Shown here in pieces: positions 59,950 through 64,000 of a stretch of DNA of 64,000 nt. The stretch is taken from the IMG/VR virus record IMGVR_UViG_3300045988_098422. One strand, given 5' to 3'. The position numbers were made by a program, and so were the translations under genes. Each line of letters begins with the position of its first letter. Within the stretch, counting starts at the first letter, position 1. A model generated the notes under the pieces. That model was given only the letters and a program-made list of their open reading frames with translations. It did no database searches and was not told where the DNA came from. This DNA comes from a virus.

Positions 59950-61047
59950 ATGGAAAAGAAAATTTCTTTGGCTACATTTGAACAAGTAGCCGCAGATAAT
60001 GGTTATGAAGTGTTTACCGCTGAAGAGGTAGCCGCATATTACAAAGATGGCTTGCAGAAAAGCATGAAGAATGAATTAACTTCTGATGAAAAGGAGTTGT
60101 TTGCGGCTGACATTGCTTTCTTACAAAAAGCCGTTTGTGTTGATGAGAATGGTAAAGAGGTGACACGTTATTTCCGTCCGGAACAGGTTAACTGGGAAAA
60201 GACAGAAGATGGCGTGTTGTTGAAAGGTATTGCCGGAGTTTTTGCTGATACTCCTACTAACAGAAAATTGAATCGTGTTGGAGAGGCTTTTGTGCCTTCA
60301 CCGGATTTTATGAAGTCCTTGGAAAGCGAGGAAATTAACGAAGACATTATTAAAGCCATGAGAACAGGGCGTTACGCTGATACTCCTGAAAATCGTCGCT
60401 TACACCGTGTCGGTCAGCCCTATGCAAAGCGTGAGGGTAAAGGTACAGAAGAAACCGACAAAGAAAAGAAGCGTATTGGTGACACAAAAGCCGAAATTGA
60501 GAAGCTGGATGCCAAGTATGGTAAAGTATATACCGCTCTTGGAAAACGCAAACAAGAGGCTTTAGAGAGGGGCGATAAGGCAGAGGCAAAACGTATGTCG
60601 GAAGCCATTACCAGAATGGAAAATGAACACGATGCCGAAGTAGCTAAACTTAAAGAAAAAGAGGGTGGTGAAAAAGGTGACGAAAAACTACACGTAAAAG
60701 CCGACGAACGTAAAGGTGGCGAAAAGGGTGATAAAAAGCTACATGAGGAAGCTGAAAAGAAAAAGAAAGAGCCCAATCCGGGTTCCAAGAAAAATCCTTT
60801 GAAGATAGACAGCATTAAGGATATTCACAAAGATGCAGCCTATCAGAAAATTACCATTGACGGTCACGAAGCTACTATTGTGAACCGTGGCACATACGAC
60901 GAAGATACTCACAAGCCGATATATTATGTTGAAGCAGGCAGTCAGACGCACGCATATACAGGCTTGGACATGCTGAAAGAAAAGATTGAGGAATTTGTGC
61001 GTGTTGCCAATGGTGGAAAGGCAGACAGTGACGATAAAAAAAAGTGA
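59950..61047 (+). CDS. hypothetical Lys/Glu-rich protein with two ADTPxNRxLxRVG motifs (scaffold/internal-protein-like)
   Basis: FADTPTNRKLNRVGEAF and YADTPENRRLHRVGQPY; tandem KGGEKGD-KLH repeat; ends in GAT AAA AAA AAG TGA. Confidence 0.6.
   Translation: MEKKISLATFEQVAADNGYEVFTAEEVAAYYKDGLQKSMKNELTSDEKELFAADIAFLQKAVCVDENGKEVTRYFRPEQVNWEKTEDGVLLKGIAGVFADTPTNRKLNRVGEAFVPSPDFMKSLESEEINEDIIKAMRTGRYADTPENRRLHRVGQPYAKREGKGTEETDKEKKRIGDTKAEIEKLDAKYGKVYTALGKRKQEALERGDKAEAKRMSEAITRMENEHDAEVAKLKEKEGGEKGDEKLHVKADERKGGEKGDKKLHEEAEKKKKEPNPGSKKNPLKIDSIKDIHKDAAYQKITIDGHEATIVNRGTYDEDTHKPIYYVEAGSQTHAYTGLDMLKEKIEEFVRVANGGKADSDDKKK
61036..61043 (+). repeat. A8 homopolymer / A AAA AAG heptamer at gene end
   Basis: gatAAAAAAAAgtga counted directly. 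Confidence 0.95.
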
Positions 61048-61321
61048 AGTAACACCCTCTGACGCATCCAAATCTTTCTTTGAAAGCAAATTTAAGAATT
61101 TGAAATGGAAGGATGGAGGTGATAAAGATTACCCAAGTGTTGTCGCTCACAAGAAATTTAGAGGCGTGCCTATTGATATAGAAATTGATGAAGATGGGCA
61201 GGGAGAAATTATTATTGGTGATGCCGACGAAGGAATTGAGTTTGGGGCACTTACATCTGAAAAAGCCGCAAAGGAACTTTGGGATACTATTTTAGAGGAA
61301 CTTGAATATTACGAGGACTAA
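61043..61321 (+). CDS. 92-codon ORF in the +1 frame with no start codon of its own after the A8 tract: candidate recoded C-terminal extension
   Basis: SEVTPSDASKSFFESKFKNLKWKDGG...ILEELEYYED contains no Met. The only ATGs of tracked ORF 60986..61321 lie 38-62 nt inside the upstream gene and give a non-protein-like peptide. Confidence 0.45.
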   Translation, partial: SEVTPSDASKSFFESKFKNLKWKDGGDKDYPSVVAHKKFRGVPIDIEIDEDGQGEIIIGDADEGIEFGALTSEKAAKELWDTILEELEYYED

Positions 61322-61332
61322 AATTAAGAAAA

Positions 61333-61575
61333 ATGGAAGATTTATTAATGAAATCAGTGAATAAACATTACTTTCCTGAAAAGGAACGTAAAGAGCTAGC
61401 CAAAGAGGGCGAAGCCATGCCAGATGGTTCTTTTCCTATTCGTAATGAACAAGACTTGAAGGACGCCATACGTAGTGTCGGTAGAGCTAAAGACCCCGCA
61501 GCCGCTAGACGGTGGATAAAGAAGCGTGCCAAAGAAATGGGTAAAGAGGCAACGTTACCGGAAGATTGGAAATAA
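61333..61575 (+). CDS. conserved small phage protein
   Basis: Tracked ORF, 80 aa; AMPDGSFPIRNEQDLKDAIRSVGRA motif seen in many phage proteins (recollection). Confidence 0.55.
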   Translation: MEDLLMKSVNKHYFPEKERKELAKEGEAMPDGSFPIRNEQDLKDAIRSVGRAKDPAAARRWIKKRAKEMGKEATLPEDWK

Positions 61576-61599
61576 TTTAAGAATTTCGGTGGCACTATC

Positions 61600-61630
61600 T
61601 GGGATATTCGTTTTTAAATGTTTATCTTTG
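61600..61630 (+). promoter_or_regulatory. variant cassette promoter (TGG / TATCTTTG)
   Basis: TGG 61600-02, 20-nt spacer, TATCTTTG 61623-30; upstream TTAAGAATTTCGGTGGCACTATC arm. Confidence 0.5.
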
Positions 61631-61656
61631 TAGTGCCACTTTAATTTTGATTAGAT

Positions 61657-63483
61657 ATGGACGATATAGAAAAATCACGCCACGGTCGGTATGAAGACAA
61701 CGCTAAGAACAGGCGGCTTCATCGTGTAGGTCAAGAATATGGCAGTAAGAAGCAGGAAGACGAAACTGTTGACCCTAGCAAATTAACTCTTGACCAATTA
61801 CATAAGGAAATCAATGAGTTGGGGCACATATTAGGCGGTAGGATTAAGGATGGTAGACGTACAGAAGATGTAGAAAAGCGTATTTCTGATTTGCTTAAAT
61901 ATGCTCCCGATAAGGTATTGGAAAGCACCTTAGAAGCTCTTAGGACAAATGTCAAGCCAAACCCGACCGCAAAAATTGCCGCCAAACTGACGGAAATGGA
62001 AATTAACCGTCGCAAAACAGAGGGTTCTGCAAAACAGACTGAAAAGAAAGAGGAAACTCCTAAGGAAGAGCCAAAAGCTCAATCTGAAGAGCCTGAAACA
62101 TATACCCGTGTGAAGTTTGATGATGTGCCTCAAAGCGGAAAGGTAAATCTTAAGAAATACCTTTCTAATAAAATTAGGGCGGAGGTTGACAAGGCTTGGA
62201 AAGACAAGGCTAAAATCGGTGACAAAACTTTGCAGGACATGGAAAAGGGTATGGTCGCAGAGTTTAACAAAAACTTTGACAATCTAAGCAAGTCAAAACG
62301 AGCCGAAGCCCTGTACAGTATTATGACGGTTAAGGCAGAAATAGCCCGTCGGGGTAGAGGGGCTAAAAACGAGGAAAAACAAGGTGAGCAGCTTGCATCT
62401 AAACAGGAAACTCCAACGGAAAAGCCTAAAGTAGACTATAAGAAACCTGAATCCTTTAATGAGCTTTACACCAGAGTTCGAAACACATGGTCGGATATTA
62501 TGGAAACAAAGCCCAAGGAAGTAGATTTTACTAAGCCTAAAGAAGTGGCTGAAATGGCTTCTGCATTTTTTCCTGGAACAACTATATCTAAAGTAGACGG
62601 TGAAGAAGAATATATGGTTCAATATCCTGGGGATGCAAGTAGGTTTATGCGTATTGATAAATATACGAGTTCTCCTAAAGCCTTGAATGATAAAATAAGG
62701 ATGTTTTTATCTATGGATATGGACATGCGCACTAGACAGAATTTTTCAAATGATGAAAAAGAAAAATTTGATAGGATATTTGCGCTAGTTGCGGAAAGTG
62801 TGGCTGATAGGGCACTTGTTAAAGATATGAACGTTGCCCGCACAAAAGCATTTGAAGAACAGGTTGATGAAAACAATAGGAATATTTCAAGGAATGTTAG
62901 GGTAAGAAAGGGTAAACCGATGAGCTTTGAGGAAGCTAATCAAGGTCGTGGAAATCCTAAATATCGTTCTGATGAACTTTTTCGTATAAACTGTCAAACA
63001 TGTGTGGTAATTCATGAATTGCGATTAAGAGGATTTGATTTGGGTGCGAAGCCAAAAACAAGTTCTGCACAATTTGCAATGGCAAAAGATTCCTCCTATG
63101 CTTGGATAGACCCGTTGACAGGGCAGCAACCCGAAGCTGTGAGAATAACTTGTGCCCCAGAGAATAAAGTAATTAAGGTCAGAAAAAGCCAGAAATCAAA
63201 GTCGGATTTACGTAAAAATATTTTAGAAGCTACAAAAGAGGTAGGACGTTATAATTTTTCTTATGGATGGGAAAACGGTAAGGATAGTTCTGGACATATC
63301 ATAACCGCTGAAAGGCACGCTGATGGGAATTTGACATTTTACGACCCTCAAAATGGGAAGAGCGTGCCTATGGTAGAATTATTGGATGAGGTTAGTCCTA
63401 AATATTTGTGCAGGATAATTCGAGTAGATAATTTGCTTATTAAACCGGATATTGTTAAAGATTACGCAATGCAATATGAGTAA
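61657..63483 (+). CDS. large multidomain protein; N-terminal NRRLHRVG motif, C-terminal predicted papain-fold Cys-His-Asp domain
   Basis: GRYEDNAKNRRLHRVGQEYG at the N-terminus; C-terminus RINCQTCVVIHELRLRG ... SSGHIITAERHADGNLTFYDPQNG. Confidence 0.55.
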   Translation: MDDIEKSRHGRYEDNAKNRRLHRVGQEYGSKKQEDETVDPSKLTLDQLHKEINELGHILGGRIKDGRRTEDVEKRISDLLKYAPDKVLESTLEALRTNVKPNPTAKIAAKLTEMEINRRKTEGSAKQTEKKEETPKEEPKAQSEEPETYTRVKFDDVPQSGKVNLKKYLSNKIRAEVDKAWKDKAKIGDKTLQDMEKGMVAEFNKNFDNLSKSKRAEALYSIMTVKAEIARRGRGAKNEEKQGEQLASKQETPTEKPKVDYKKPESFNELYTRVRNTWSDIMETKPKEVDFTKPKEVAEMASAFFPGTTISKVDGEEEYMVQYPGDASRFMRIDKYTSSPKALNDKIRMFLSMDMDMRTRQNFSNDEKEKFDRIFALVAESVADRALVKDMNVARTKAFEEQVDENNRNISRNVRVRKGKPMSFEEANQGRGNPKYRSDELFRINCQTCVVIHELRLRGFDLGAKPKTSSAQFAMAKDSSYAWIDPLTGQQPEAVRITCAPENKVIKVRKSQKSKSDLRKNILEATKEVGRYNFSYGWENGKDSSGHIITAERHADGNLTFYDPQNGKSVPMVELLDEVSPKYLCRIIRVDNLLIKPDIVKDYAMQYE

Positions 63484-63484
63484 A

Positions 63485-63739
63485 ATGACAGAAGAGGTAA
63501 CTCGGGCGATAGCCACGAAGTTCCTAACAAGACCAGAAGATTTTGAATTGACTAAAGAAGAAAACTACAAAAATTATGTAGTCTATTTTGCGGCTTATAA
63601 AGAGGCGAACGGAAATGCAAATTATGGACTTCCTATTTTTGTGTTGATTGATGAATTGGGCAAAGCCCGATTTGCCGAACCTGACGAAACTCGTAAATTA
63701 ATGAGGCGTTGGGATGATAAGGGTGAGGAAGAGGACTAG
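63485..63739 (+). CDS. hypothetical protein
   Basis: Start moved to ATG 63485, 1 nt after the previous stop. Confidence 0.5.
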   Translation: MTEEVTRAIATKFLTRPEDFELTKEENYKNYVVYFAAYKEANGNANYGLPIFVLIDELGKARFAEPDETRKLMRRWDDKGEEED

Positions 63740-63743
63740 CGGC

Positions 63744-63774
63744 TTTCCAATTTACTCTTTTTATTATACATTTG
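63744..63774 (+). promoter_or_regulatory. variant promoter (TTTC / TACATTTG)
   Basis: TACATTTG 63767-74; -33 position reads TTTC. Confidence 0.4.
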
Positions 63775-63808
63775 TACCGTTTAAAGGTAGAACTAAAACA
63801 TAGAAAAG

Positions 63809-64000
63809 ATGAAGAAATATGTTTATTCAAAAGGTGAAGAAACAGTAACCGTTGAAACCGATGGTCTAGCGGCTATCAATAATTTTATGGTGACAGGTCT
63901 TATCGGTCAGAATTACGGTGGGTTGGTACACGCTGGATTGGCTTTTAAGATGGGTGATACAGTAAGCATTCCGGAAATGCTGAATGCGGCTAAAAGATGT
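63809..64000 (+). CDS. hypothetical protein, 3' partial (runs off window)
   Basis: ATG 63809 then 64 open codons to the window end (MKKYVYSKGEETVTVETDGLAAINNFMVTGLIGQNYGG...); preceded by a promoter-like box. Confidence 0.5.
   Translation, partial: MKKYVYSKGEETVTVETDGLAAINNFMVTGLIGQNYGGLVHAGLAFKMGDTVSIPEMLNAAKRC

Noticed and set aside
60420-60815. Minus-strand ORF of 131 aa and neighbouring ORFs
   Set aside because: It lies antisense to the Lys/Glu-rich part of 59950-61047 and is the same low-complexity artefact.
1-64000. Genome-wide stop-codon reassignment (TGA or TAA read as sense)
   Set aside because: TGA, TAA and TAG all terminate many well-supported genes, often in ATGA/TAATG coupling. 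Only two isolated in-frame stops (33214, 38675) were seen.
1-64000. CRISPR array, integrase/att sites, transposase or IS elements
   Set aside because: There are no regularly spaced direct repeats and no recombinase or transposase motifs in any ORF. The only mobile elements supported are the two GIY-YIG endonuclease genes.

Overview
The window is a 64-kb piece of a large, gene-dense dsDNA bacteriophage genome. It holds roughly 130 ORFs, all but 4 on the + strand. I saw no rRNA, tRNA, CRISPR array, integrase or transposase. Intergenic promoters follow the Bacteroidota primary-sigma pattern (TTG, 19-20 nt spacer, TAnnTTTG), so the host is probably a member of Bacteroidota (inference). Layout: (1) 0.3-27.3 kb is a replication, recombination and nucleotide-metabolism module: DnaE-type Pol III alpha, SbcD-RecA-SbcC, a RuvC-like resolvase, a zeta-toxin-like kinase, NAD-dependent ligase, SNF2 and UvrD-type helicases, RNase H, class II RNR, GroEL and two free-standing GIY-YIG homing endonucleases. 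(2) A Dps gene lies on the minus strand at 28 kb. (3) 28.6-50 kb is a hyperplastic region of small ORFs, many bracketed by a stereotyped terminator-hairpin plus promoter cassette. It includes an ECF-like sigma factor, a zincin peptidase with an in-frame TAA, a lysis-like cluster, HU and a TIGR02757 protein. (4) 49-57.6 kb holds four of five members of a paralog family. (5) A minus-strand 3-gene cassette lies at 57.7-59 kb. (6) A probable virion module starts at 59.6 kb. The most notable observation is that the paralog family carries G8-G10 homopolymers exactly at conserved Gly-Gly-Gly codons. Three copies are frame-shifted OFF at G10, one is ON at G8, and one has the tract recoded away. This is a candidate hypermutable poly-G phase-variation system for phage surface proteins. 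Two further homopolymer recoding candidates exist: A8 at the end of a virion-module gene and A6 inside a DUF2829-like gene. All homopolymer observations could instead be sequencing or assembly artefacts and need read-level checks. Family assignments rest on motifs read by eye, because no searches could be run.
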